A stretch of DNA of 64,000 nt from Selaginella moellendorffii. Lineage: Eukaryota > Plantae > Lycopodiophyta. The notes under the pieces were generated by a model that was given only the letters and a program-made list of their open reading frames with translations, did not search any database and was not told where the DNA came from. Within the stretch, counting starts at the first letter, position 1. The number at the start of each line of letters is the position of its first letter. Shown here in pieces: positions 46,935 to 60,100 of the stretch. The stretch spans positions 382,731 to 446,730 of the forward strand of contig NW_003314358.1 of assembly GCF_000143415.4 (NCBI RefSeq). The letters are read 5' to 3'. Made by a program: the position numbers and the translations under genes.

Positions 46935-47520
46935 ATTCGATTCACCTTGGGACTGGATGCCATCGCAGCAGCACTCCACGCATTGAAGCCGGAGATCGCG
47001 ATCGCGACGACTGGGCCTCCAATCCCTTGATTTCCTCGGAGAACGGCACGATAATTTTGACGTGGCGGAGAAAGAAAGCCAAATATCACATTTTAGGGGC
47101 GTGGTTGAAGAAGCTGTGTCGAGAGAAGCGGCTGTAAGTTCTTCGATCCGATCAAGGAGCAATACATTTCTCAGTGGAATTTTCTCTTTGTGTTTGTGGA
47201 AGCTAGGTATGCCAGCCTGAGCTTAACGAGGTTCTTGTAGGGGCAATTTCCACTGTTTAGTTTGCGTCTTTGCTTCCAGGGTATAGTCGAGATTAAAGGC
47301 CTCGAAGAGTACACTGGATTGGTATCTATTTCTATTTAATTCTGAGAGGATTTCTTTGCAGCAATACTGAAGATCAAAGGTCTGGATTGCCTCGTGAATC
47401 TTCGCTGCCTCTATTGAAGAAAAAGAACCTTTGCATGCCTGATTATCGGCCACATCGAGTGCTTCCCACGTGGGGGTGTTTGTCAAGTCCTTCCACATCT
47501 TCGAGCAAGTTCTATAAAAA
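46935..47520. pseudogene. Second deleted CCS52/promoter/DNAAF1 fragment, ending in an inverted DNAAF1 exon (47416-47520)
   Basis: Similar to 40636-41070; 47416-47520 is the reverse complement of ~36295-36400. Confidence 0.85.
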
Positions 47521-49007
47521 CTCAAGTGTGTTCTATGGTGAGGTATTGCAAAAGTTATAATGCATTTACTTTGTGGATTTAATTGATGCTTTGTGCTTGA
47601 AAGGGCTCAAGGGCTGAAAGAGTGGAAGAAGTTTTTTGCCCATCACTGGAGAGTGGTTCTTACTCAGTAGCCCATGTTTTTGCTCTTCCAACAATATCCA
47701 CTGGCAACAACCAATGATCTAAAAAGCACTATTAAAACTTGCTAGTTATAAGGAGATCATCTAGTGATAACAACAAATGCAGAACAATCTTATGGAGGAG
47801 TTGGAGGCAAGTTGTTTGTAGGTGATAGAGTATAGGAGCCTTTGTCCTTGTCAACATTGCTCTCATTGTGATGTCATCACACATGACATAAGTTGCATCC
47901 CAAGCTCCATCCTCCACATACATAGTATGTCCAGGAATGGCCATTTGCTGACAGTACCACCATCCCTAAACAAGACAGGTACCAGCAACAAATAAAGCTC
48001 CACACATTCATTGTTAAGTAAAAGGAAAAGCATTAAGGATCAGCATAATCTTTGTTGCTAAGCAAGATTTTGGAGGAGAAGAACCTACTAATGCCTCAAC
48101 TTGTAGTCAAACAAAGGTTACTATTCCCTTTGGCATTTACAGTGCAAAGCAAATCCTCCACCACGTCTTCTCCTCTAGCATTCACATACACCACATTTTG
48201 CTAGCATTTCATCCTATGGTGTTCAACCATCTTTAGCTATGCTAGTGTTTGTTTTATAGCAACTAGTGATAGCTCTAGTTACCATCATTCTCTACCAGCT
48301 TTTGACAAAGTGTTCTAGTTTTGCATGGCAATTGGAGCATTTAGCCATTTCTAGGCCTGACACCCCCTCTAAACACCTTTCTAAACACACCAGTCCAAAT
48401 CATGAAAGCATATACACTCTTAGATCCATGAGCTTTCACCATCCTGATTACCCTTGTAAATTCCAATAGTGGGTCTAGGCCAAGTATCATCTTATCAAAG
48501 ATGGCTGCAAATGTTTGGGAGCACCTTGATCTTACCAATGGGCATTTGTCATAGCATTCTCATCTTGGCTAAAGGCATTTTAGTTGATATGGATTTTTTG
48601 GCGGTAGACTTTGAAACAACTTGTAGAGAAAAAGTTTAGGACTTGCTCATCCTAAAAGCTCATTGCCACACCAACTGAACAGCTCTAGAATGATCTTGTG
48701 CTACTTGAAAGATACATTGATTGGTTAAACTGGTAAAGATTCTTACTAGATTTTGTACTAATAAGGTATTTGCCCCATGATCAATTAGGTTTTATCTCTC
48801 ACACAAAACTCACTAATGTCAACCAGTTATGTTCTTAGAGTTCACTATAAAATTATTAATACAGTTGTATCACAACACTAGGCATATATTATTTATGCAA
48901 TGCTGTTCTCATCCCTATACATCTATATTTTTCTATAAATAATATTTATTCTGATTTTTCAAATTTAAGTAATATGAACTGTTCCTTGACAAATAATTAT
49001 CCATCTA

Positions 49008-52000
49008 CTAGCACTTGCCAAGCATATGCTGTCCTATTAGCAAATATTGTTTTGAATGTTGTAGTTATAATAAAAGTGTTTCAAGGCTTTTTTATTTATT
49101 CATTAGACTTATATAAAGAATTTGTTTTAGTGCTACAAACAATGCATGGAGGATTTAATATAAAACCTCCTTATATACTGTGTTGATGGTAAAAGTAGAA
49201 GGACTTAAAAGGAATAATTGTCTTTGGAGTGATGTGTTTTGTACTTTAATGCCTAGTCTTGTTGGAGATGTGCATCTTGATAAAGCTACATAAAGTTGGC
49301 CATAGGTGAAAATTGGATGTGGCAAGTGTATTCCGACTCAGTCAAATGTTTGGCCTTGACATTTAGAGATTGTAAAGCAATACCCTAAATGCATTGGAAA
49401 TTGTCTTCTGGATATTTTAAATGGAATTTTTGTGTTTGAAGGTGTGAGCGTGATTCGAGGGATGAAAGCTCATGTACTTTTAAATTGGCCTAATATAATT
49501 TCACAGTCTAGAACTGTTGGTAAGGCATGTTTAAGTATGAGGCATATAGCATCATATAGTCCAGTTGATGGACATATATTCCTTAATAGAATAAGGATAA
49601 TACCTTCTTTAAGTAAGAGTTTATGTGGCGGAAGACTAGGAGTAATGGAATTCAGGAATTCAATTGTAAAATCTTTGGGTATTCAGTATCAACAAAGTCA
49701 ACACCTTCATAAATATGTATGTCACCAAGTAAGCAAGAGAATATACATTATTAATGGGAAAAGTATCATCATTAAGTGGGGTAAGTATGACTCTATTAGA
49801 TGTAACATAGGAGTCTGAAATATTCTGTAGAGATGGAAAAAAAAAATTAACAACAGAGGATATTATTACTTGTGTGTAAAGTAATATAATAGATTTTGAA
49901 GGCAAATTAGATAACTTTATGTAATTATTACCAATTCCAATTTGAAGAAGCCAATTAGCATATAAAGATTTGTTTATAATTAGTCTCATATTCCTTTTTA
50001 GTAGAAGTATTCTAAAAAATTTCCAAAACCTATTCATTTTTACTGAATTTGAAAAAATTTGTGTTTGATAACTATGGGGAATAGTAGTGTTTGTCTAAAG
50101 TCACCACTTGTAATAATAATAATTCCTCCAAAAGGTAATTCATTTTTTTAATATTTTGTAATGCTAAATTAATGGTAGAAAATGCATGTGTGTGAACTAT
50201 ATTAATTTCATCCCACATTAATACGTCTGCATTTTTAATTTTTTGGCCTGCTTCGCTATTATATATAATAGCAAAAGTAGAAGTTTCATTTATTGGAACA
50301 TAAAGTTTAAAAGTCATTTGTGATGTTTGACTATTATGCAATAAAATGCTTGCAATACGTGTCCAAGCCATACAAATTATATTTTTGTTTAGAAGTTAAA
50401 ATGTATATATAAGAGTGTTAAGGAGAAAAGTTTTACTAGTACCACTAGAACCATCAATGAAAATATATCAATTTTACTTGGTTGGGTTGTTAATTGTGTT
50501 GAGGATATCATTATATATAATTTCTTGTTCATCATTAAATTGAAGTAAATTTTTTTCTATAGAATGAATGAACTGTATCAAATTAATAAAGGCAATTCAT
50601 AATCTTGATTGGATTTTCCATATAGATTGAATTTCCTATTTATTTCATATAAAGCACACTCATAACAAAGTAATGGATTTGTTAGCACAAAATTTTCAGA
50701 AAAAGAGTTTTTGAATTTTTCCCATAAGGAATAAAGACATTTTGGACTACAAAAGACACATAGAAAACAAATAATTATCTTAAGTGTGGTGGCATTTTGA
50801 AAGAGCAAACATCTTCTAAACATTTTTCCCATTTTGTATTTTCTGCTATAAGTTATATAGTAGATGTAGTCAGTTGAAATGTTTTAAAATAAATATTATG
50901 AATTATTTTTAATTTTTTAAAAGAAGTAGCTTCTTTTTTGTAAAGCAATATAAGACATAAATGATAAAGTTCAATATTAAATAAGGAAATAGAATATATT
51001 CATGAGATAATATTTTGTTGATGTCTAATTTACCACTGATGAGTGTGTTTATTATATGTATAATGTAAAGGAATTTCAAGATATGTATACTATCTTCCAT
51101 TTGGATCATATTTATTTAATTCAAACCATTTTGTTAACATAGTACCATTTTGAGTAACTCTTTGAAGTTTAATTTGCTCATTACCGTTGATGAAATAAAC
51201 ATTTTGAAAATTTTCTAGATGAACAGGAAGACAGATTATAAGTGTTGAATAGCCATGCATTTTAAATTGAAAAGTTTTTATATAACTTTTAGAGTAGAAA
51301 CAGTTTAAACTATTATCATGTTGTTGAGTTGCTGAATGGATTTTAATAGTGGCATAGTCATATCCTTTTGTAAACATATTGAAATAAATATTTAATAATT
51401 TTTATAATTGCACATATTTTAATATTTATATAAGCTTTATATTTTTTACAAAGGTAAAGTACAACCCAATAGTTATCCATAAGATAACCATTTTTAAAAA
51501 CTACACATCCATTGTTTAGTCTATAATAACTTGGATATCCATTAACAGAAAATGTTATCTCATAATTAAATTTTTTTGGAAAACCTTTTAAGCAAAAACC
51601 ATTTTCCATGCAAGGAATATTAGGATAAAAAAGTTCACATGGCCTATGTATCATATACAATATAACTATTTCAAAGAGTTCTGATATATTAATTAATTGC
51701 ATCACAGTCTTTAATTTTATTTTCATGGGCTAGAATTCCTAGAAAATGACAATGTGGGAGACCTATTTTTTGGAACTCAATTACATATATATATGCTTTA
51801 CATTTTCCAAATACATGTCTTTTTGTTATATCTTTTAAAAGTTTTTAAGTTTAATATAGAAAACTCTAGAAACTAAATCAAGGCAGTCTTCATGACCTTT
51901 ATTTGGATGTAAGTTTTCTATAATTTCTTCCCATTTAGGGTTGCAAGTGAAAGTAATGAAAATATCCATTTTTGAGTAATGAGCAACAATTGCTATTGCA

Positions 52001-52600
52001 TCTTGATAATTTTGTTACATTCACCACAAAAACTGGAAGGTAATATAACAATTTTACTGAGGTTCATATTTTCATTTGAAACACGATTTACAACATAATT
52101 CATATAACTAATATATATATTTCTACTTGTAATTATTTTTAGTGGGTACGATAGTAGTATAAGTTATTATTCTCAACTTGACTATGCGTCAACAATGTAT
52201 TGTTGAGTAAGCTTGCCAATATGTAAGATTTGTTCGAGTATATTTCTTTCAGATAAGCGATATGCATAATATAGAAGTAATGTAGTTTAATGTCATCATG
52301 TATTCAAAATATTTGCATGCCATCCTTTATCACTAAAAGGAAATATCATAGGATCATAATTAACATCAAGTGTTGGTTAGCAACCATTGATGCAAATGCA
52401 AGGGCACTATTATAGTGTCTAATATTAGTTCTGAAATTAAAGGTTTTGTTTTGTTTGTAAAGCATAAGTAAAGTATTTGGCAAAGGTAATATAGATGGCA
52501 ATATCACTTGACCATGTTGACAACACATAGCAATGTTTTCATCTTTAAAATGTGATGCATTTCAAAAAACACAAGTAGATGATAAAAACCAATTTCAAAA
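49008..52600 (-). mobile_element. Decayed Helitron RepHel
   Basis: CCQHGQV..NIRHYNSALAFASM, DIFITFTCNPKWEEI, YVIEFQKIGLPHCH, IKYLF.Y..KG, then PIF1 motifs [45 protein letters not shown]. Tentative CTAG|T 3' end at 49008. Confidence 0.85.
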
Positions 52601-53684
52601 GTTGAAATTTGTGAATCTTTGTAAATAGTGTGACTTGCTAGTATGGTTTGTGAAGGTGGAGATGGTGTAGTCAATATTGCTTGATGTATATGTATTTCAT
52701 TTTGATCTGAAGTAATTTGAAGTGGCTTAGGGTGTTTATCAGAATTGTTTGTATTGAAATTCTTATCAAAATTATTGGTATTTCTTATGGTATGTATTTA
52801 TCTGTAGCATTGGCTACTATTGAAGCTGTCACAAGATGCATGCCATGGCTGTTAGTAAAATCAATATTAAAGAACCTCAATGTCGATGCCATACTTGTTG
52901 ACCTCATGTTGGAAATTATAACTACCACAAGATAATACATTTATAAGAAGTGGCTCACCATCTAAATGAAGCTGTAGATCTATAATATGAACACATGCAT
53001 ATTGTGTTTCTTCAAAGGAAGCAATCATATTCCAAATGCCAAGATCTAGGATGCTATATAATTTGCACTTAGCTAAAAATCCTGTTACAAACCCATAACT
53101 AAGGAAAAACATTCTAAAATTGAGTAGTACCTCCTACAATTCCATGGGGCATTTGGTTGGAAGTTTGTGTTTGAGTGCCTGAATCTGGCCACAGAGAAGG
53201 TTTAAGAAGCAAAAAAGCCAAGTGTTAATACCTACTAAAATAACAAAGGGACTTTGAAAATGGTTGTTTGAAATCTTCTTGCACATCTATTCCTCAAGTT
53301 GTAAAGTATTATATTGGAATAGACTAAGTAGCTGAAGCACTAAGCTGTGTAGGGCAATCAGATCCAAGAAAGTGATTAGATTCTACCTTATCAAAATAAA
53401 CACAAACTTTGTTCATTGCTCTCTCCACCCATGTCTACATCATCTAGAACTTGTTGCTGCTGCGAAGAGACATCGTCTGGCAATGACTAGTAATTGTAGT
53501 CTACATCGTCTTGAGACCCTAAATTAGAATCGCTTGTCACCACTTCCATCGGAGAGATGAATGTAGCAATTGATTAACTTTGGGTTAATCATAGCCATTG
53601 GCCCAAAGCCTTGCTTAATTTTTGCCACATCATTAGGCACATGCAAGACTTGCAATAGCTTTTTTGCTCAACAAAATAGATGTA

Positions 53685-54850
53685 AGGTGTAGTCATGGTC
53701 AACACTTTGCATGTGACACATGTCACAACACTTTCCTCTCTTGCCCCACGCAGTTTGGCCGCCTCCCAACACAGCAAACATTAAAACTCCCTCCATTAGC
53801 ACCCATTCTCTACTTGGACGCACGATCCCAGCTTGCCCGCTTGTTTTCACCATGCAATCGTTGAATTCGTCCACCACCTTGTTCTTGAAAATGTTTTCAC
53901 ATTTGACCTGAAAGTATTCCTGAATCACAACAATCGATCTATCCAAAAGATGTTTTACACAAAATCTCTAGACTTACTTGGCACTTGGTCTCATCAGGTT
54001 GATCGTTACAAGTTTGCAAGCATGAAGGATTTGCAATGCATTGAGCAAGCTCCAATCTAGAGAGAAGAATAAAAAACCCCTTGTCTTTCTTGAAGGACAA
54101 AAGAGAAGAATAAAATTACTAGCATTCTTTCAGAAAACAGGAGCATGTCTTGAGAGCATCAACTGCAAATGCAAGAGTTGTGAGCAAAATCGCACCAGCA
54201 AAAACTACAACTGTGTGTGTTCTCTAGTTCAAATGGTTTCCTAGCAAAAAATTCTCTCTCCTCGAAGGATTTCTTGATGATGGGCTCTCCACATTGCTTC
54301 TTGAAAATCTCCTAGTGATCCTGGGAGACGATCTTGAGAAGTATAACCTGGTTATAGTTTTTCTTTGGCTACTTGATCCCCAATCTTTCTACAGCCCTCT
54401 TGCTCGAGCAATGCTGCTGCCGGGCAAGCCTAGTACCTGAAGGAGCGCAAAATGCCCTTGCATTCATTGCCAAAATAGATAAAAAGAAAAAGAGAGAAAG
54501 ATACTTGGTCACCGCATCTAGAACTCTTCCAAACTGGCATATTGTCATGAAACCCAGCACCTGCCTGAAGATCTTAAACATCTCCATGCCAAAAATCCTG
54601 TCACCATGGCCGATGAACATTGTGTTCTAGTCGAGTGGTGCATCTACATGTTGCAACACCTCGCTCCATTGCCAAGAGGATGATCAATCCTACTCCAGTC
54701 ACTAGATCTTCCTTGTGGCCTTGGGTTGCTGCTGTTGCTCAAGCGATCTCGATGCCCAGACGACAGGCATAGTCACAATCAACACATTTGCATGTGACAT
54801 GTGTTGCTACGCCTTCTTCTCCTGCCCTACATAGCTTGGCTGCCTCCCAT
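53685..54850. repeat. Two diverged ~85-bp direct repeats (53685-53770 and 54765-54850)
   Basis: agtca..tcaacac.tttgcatgtgaca..tgt..c..ttc.tctc.tgccc.ac..ag.ttggc.gcctccca occurs in both. Confidence 0.65.
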
Positions 54851-55063
54851 TGGCCAGGAGCAAACTTTAGTGCGATTATTCACTAGGGCATGGTTAAAGA
54901 AATAACCCCTTTACAGTTCCCCCTCCCCCCCTGATCGAATGGTTGCAATTGGCTGTAGAAGTTCAGCAACTCCTTATTGTAATAGATTTATCTATAAATT
55001 CAAATGTATATAAAAATAATATTAAACTTAATAATAATTTATTGTGCATTGCATGTAGCAATG

Positions 55064-57145
55064 TGTCAGGAATTCCCCAATTCTTGCCACATTCCTGACT
55101 CTCGCCAGATTCCTGACCTGCAGACCACATTCCTGACTCTCGAGACACTTCCCTATTCCTGACTCTCGAGACACTTCCCGATTCCTGAGTCTCGAGCCAC
55201 ATTCCTGATGATGATGTGGCACCTCCTCGACCTCAGCTGTATTTAGGCCGTCCTCGATCCAAGAGTGGTGGAGCTTCATCAACCTATAGTATATATAGGT
55301 TAGCCTTGTTCCATTTCTCCACAATCTGAATCAACACCAGTCTAAGGCCTCTTCTTTGTTTCCACTAGCTTTTCTCTTTGTCTTTAGCATTTTCTAGTCT
55401 TGATCTTGTTGGGGGTTTTGACAGTTTGATTCAGATTGTGCTTTTTGCTTTTCTTTTAGCTCGTTTTGATTATTTGATTGCTTTTGTCTTTTTCCCCCTT
55501 TCTTTTCTTTCTTCTTGCCAATGGAGTCTCCAAGCCATCCTGATTTCTTTGCTGAAGTCCTTGCAAAAATCCAGTCTGAGAATACCGAGCTGAAGGCAAC
55601 CCTTCTTTGCATGCAGCAGGAGCTTGCTTCACTTTCAGCTCAAGGATCCAGCAAAGTTCCTGAACCGAAGGTGAGTTTCCCGGCGAAATTTTCAGGCAAG
55701 CGTTCGGAGCTTCGTGGATTTTTGAACCAAATGGATCTGATCTTTGCACTTCAACATCGGCGGTACCCCACTCCCGAGTCTCAAATCGGCACGATTGGGA
55801 CGTTGCTCGAGGGTGCAGCTTTGTCATGGTTTTCTCCTCTTCTGGAGAAGAGCATGAAAGGGGTTGTGGTTCCGGAGCTGATGGATCTTCAATTGTTCAA
55901 AGAGAAGCTCGAAGCATGTTTTGGCGAGACGGATCGGGTTCGGGCTGCTACCACAAAGATGAGACGTCTCTCTCAGGGGTCTCGTCCTGCCTCGATCTAC
56001 GCTGCAGAGTTCCAACTCCTTGCCTTGGACACTCAGTGGGATGAGCGGGCCTTGATTGACCAATTTCGTTTCGGCCTCAACAACGGTGTCAAGGATTTGT
56101 TGCTCACCATGGAGGATCCCAAGGACCTGTCGGACGCCATCAACATAGTTGTTCGATGTGACAATCGTCTCTTTGAACGTCGTCAGGAAAGTCGCCGCGC
56201 CGCTGTTTTTCCGTCCCAGACTCAGGAATCCCAGCTTGAGTCTTCGGGGCATAGTCCTGAACCTACTACTCCGGTCCCGATGGATATTTCTGGTACTCCC
56301 CGACTCATTAGAGGGAAGTTGAGTCCTGCTGAGAGGCAACATCGAATATCTCATAATCTTTGCCTCTATTGTGCTGATCCTAATCACAAAGCAGCTGTGT
56401 GTCCCAGGAAGCCTCCCCGATTGCTCGAGTTCACTCTGCCTCAAAGTCCACCTCTGTTGCAGTCGGGAAACGACCCTGTCCAAACAGAGTAGGAGCTGTC
56501 TGTTTGGACTCCCCAAATAAAAATCACTTTTCTTCCTTATCAAGCTCCTCATCACCTTTCATCAAAGCCACCACCAATTCCCACAACTTCCGCGTCCCAT
56601 GTCTCCTTTCTTTCACCGGATAATCAGGACTCAAGGCTTTGGCGCTACTGGACTCAGGTGCAACTTCCTGCTTCATGGACACGGACTTTGCTGCCCGACA
56701 TCACGTTCCTCTTTCTCCTACCATACGGGATCTGAGGGTTGAAGGCATCGGTAGGCATTTTGTGTCTCCATCTTCTGGACTTAGGGAAACGTTGCCCGTT
56801 CGAGTACACATCGGGTCCACCGTCACCGATATCGCCTTCAACATCATCAACAGCAAGTCCTCCTCTGTGGTGCTCGGTCTTCCTTGGTTCCAACTACATC
56901 AGCCTCAGATTTGTTGGAAGGACTTACAGCTCATCTCTCCCACATCACCATCTCCCACGGCTTCCCCTGGTGTTCATCGAGTCCGAATCAGGAAAAGTTC
57001 CCTAAACTCAAGTCGGGGTTCTGTTCCTGATTCTACGATGTTTTCATCCTCTTCTTTTTCCTCTCTTCCATCTTACATTGGACAGTATCCTCGTCTCATC
57101 ATTCCATTTAGTCGTACCCCTCCTCCTATCTCCACAATCACTATG
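55064..57145 (+). mobile_element. Family B chromovirus copy 2, 3'-truncated (5' LTR 55064-55423, gag 55521-56492, protease)
   Basis: Near-identical to 26858-28966. The LTR is one repeat unit shorter, pol has a TAA at 56621, and the copy ends abruptly. Confidence 0.93.
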
Positions 57146-60100
57146 TCAATTAGCCCAAAAACCCTAGCTTGTATACAGGAGCGAGTGGTCCGGATTGAAA
57201 CCAATCCAACGGCTACCAAAATCCCACTACACTAATATTAGTATATGGCATTGTAACCGTACACTTGGCCCTCACATCATCCCCTCCTCTCGGAATAATG
57301 GAAGGTTATCAGGGTTCTCTTGTAGATGGGCCGGGATCTGGAGGAACATCAGGAGGAGGCATCAGCGGATTTGTAGACGGCATTAACTGCTCCTGATCCC
57401 TTTGTATGAAGCGTTTCAACCGCTGCACATGCACAATCTCCAGAGGATCGGCCTGCTAGATGTCATGCCGAACCTCATAAACTTGCGGTCCAACTTGCCA
57501 CAACACCTGATATGGTCCTTTCCACTGTGCAAGGAGCCCCTTAGATAAACCATGTACCGTAAGATGGGGAAACCGGACTAACACCAAATCATCCACTTTG
57601 TACTTTGCAAGTGGACGATGATGGGAGTTGTAGCGCCGTTGTTGTCCCACTTGTACACGGCCTAAGTGTTCGACAGACTCTGCTCGGACAAGTGGAAGAA
57701 TGCTCGTCAAATATTAATCCCATGACCTAGCATCAGGAGCTCGTGGCAATCGCGAAGGTAAACCCAGCTCTGTTGGTAATATTGGATCATGATCATATAG
57801 AAGTTTATATGGTGAAACACCAACAGAACTCTGCACCCCTGTGATATAGGCATACCGAAGAGACGGCAAATAACCATCCCAATCCGAATGCTGAAAGTTC
57901 ACATACTTTGCAATCATCCCTTTGAATGTCCGAACGAGCTGTTCCACCAGACCATCTGATTGTGGATGATAAGCACTCGTAAAAGTGTGGCGTATCCCCA
58001 ACTGAGACGTCAAAACATAAAATACCTTAGCCATAAATGCAAGACCATTATCCGAAAGAATCCGCTTTGGACAAGAATGTTGGAACACCACTCGATTGAG
58101 GAGAAAGAATCCAACAGTAGTTGCAGAGGCGTTAGCAAGAGCACCAACTTCCACCCAACGAGTCAAATAGTCAGAAGCAATAATAACATACTCATTGCCA
58201 ACAGTCGACCGTGGAAAAAGTCCCATAAGATCAAACGCCACCAACTCAAACGGACGGGAAACTGTAATTGACTCCAACTGTCCTTCCGCAGCACAAGGGG
58301 GAGTATTACGAGTTTGGCACCAAACACAGCTACGTACATACCAGATAACATCATGTCGCATCTCTGGCCAATAGAAAGACCTGTGCAGCTTCTCAGTCAC
58401 ACGACGATGTCCTATATGCCCACCTAGAACAGGAGAATCATGGTAGGCATGGCAAAACCGTGGAATAAAGATAGAAGGCACCACCAATCGTAAATGATCA
58501 TCAGAATCCGTCTCCACAAAATAAAGAAGGCCATCTTCAAGGCGATATTGAGAATGTAAATGCCGGAAAGGCAAGTCATCAGCAAGTGATGCAGGATCCT
58601 CAAACGCATCTCGAAGCCTTCGAATCCACGGCTCAATCTTTTGAGCCTCGCGAACCTCATCAAGAGAAGGTAGATCTTGCTCTGCGCCTTATGGACACTG
58701 AACATCAAGTACAGCAACCGCTGACGGCACGAAATCCTCGTCTAGAAAATCCACAGATGCTGGAACAACAGGCTCATCAGAAACATGAGAAGAAAGTGGA
58801 GAAGGAAGAGGAGCTCGAGAAAGGGCATCAGCATCAGCCATAGAACTCTTTGGGTGATGAACCATCAAAATCATATATCTGAAGCTTTAAAGCCCACCGA
58901 GCAGTACGACCAACCAGATTCTTCCACTTCAATAATGAAATAACGGCAGCATGGTCACCTTTAAGTAACGTCCAAGAACCATGTAGATATGCATGAAGTT
59001 TCTCGAAACCCCAAACTGCCACTAAACACTCCTTCTCTGTTGTAGAGTAGTTCACCTCTGCTGGTTGTAACGTATGGCTTAAATATGCAATGGGATGACG
59101 CTGATCAGGCACACTCGGGCTCTCTTGCATTAACACACCTCCAAGACCAATATCAGAAGCATCAACGTGCAAAATAAAAGGTCGAGTGTAGTCAGGATAT
59201 GCCAAAACCGAAGGAGTCATCAACAGCTCTTTGAAATCCACAAACGCCTGCTCACAATCTGAAGACCAAATGAAAGATGATGTTGATGACTTCAGTAACA
59301 TTTGCAACGGTGCAATGCGATCAGAAAGATGATCCACAAACCAACCGCAAACCCTCACGAGAAATACGGTACCTAAGATAAGTTGTGTCCTTGGACCCAA
59401 ACACGCACTTCAACCGCTTCAACTTTAAACCAACATCTCGTAGCCGATCCAACACTTTACACACATCACGAATGTGCTCTGCCCACGTCCCCTCCAAGTG
59501 AATCAAGACATCATCAATAAAGTCAGTAGTCACCTCTGGCATATCACAAAGAACCTCGTCCATCATCAGCTGAAAAGTTGCTGGAGCATTGTTCAAACCA
59601 AACGGCATCACCAAAAACTCATACAAACCAAACGGTGTACGAAAAACAGTCTTAGGAATATCTTCGTCGGCCATCGGTATTTGCCAGTACCCAGAAGCAA
59701 GATCTAGCTTGGTGAATCAATGACTTCGCCCTAGACGATCCAAGAGATCAGCAATGTGAGGAAGAGGGTACATATCCGGGATCGTCACTTCATTTAACGG
59801 ACGATAGTCGATGCAGAAACGAATACTCCCATCAGGCTTCGTCACAAGATGAGGTTCACATGCCCAAGGACTCCGCGACTTCCGAATAACACCCTTCTCC
59901 AACATCTCATTGAAGTTTGCATGTAAAATTTTGATCTTATTGGGTGACCAACGATGAACAGGAACCTTGATTAGACGAGCATCCCCGGTTGGAATGGGAT
60001 GATGTGTGGCAATCTTAGCCCCAGACGATAGGTCAAATTCCAAGAGATCCTGGTCAACAGCTGCAACACAAAGATCAGCAGAGGGATCGGAAAAGCAGCA

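Noticed and set aside
47732-47944. Possible terpene-synthase-like fragment (LSLDDLL)
   Set aside because: A single DD pair is insufficient and no other motifs were found.
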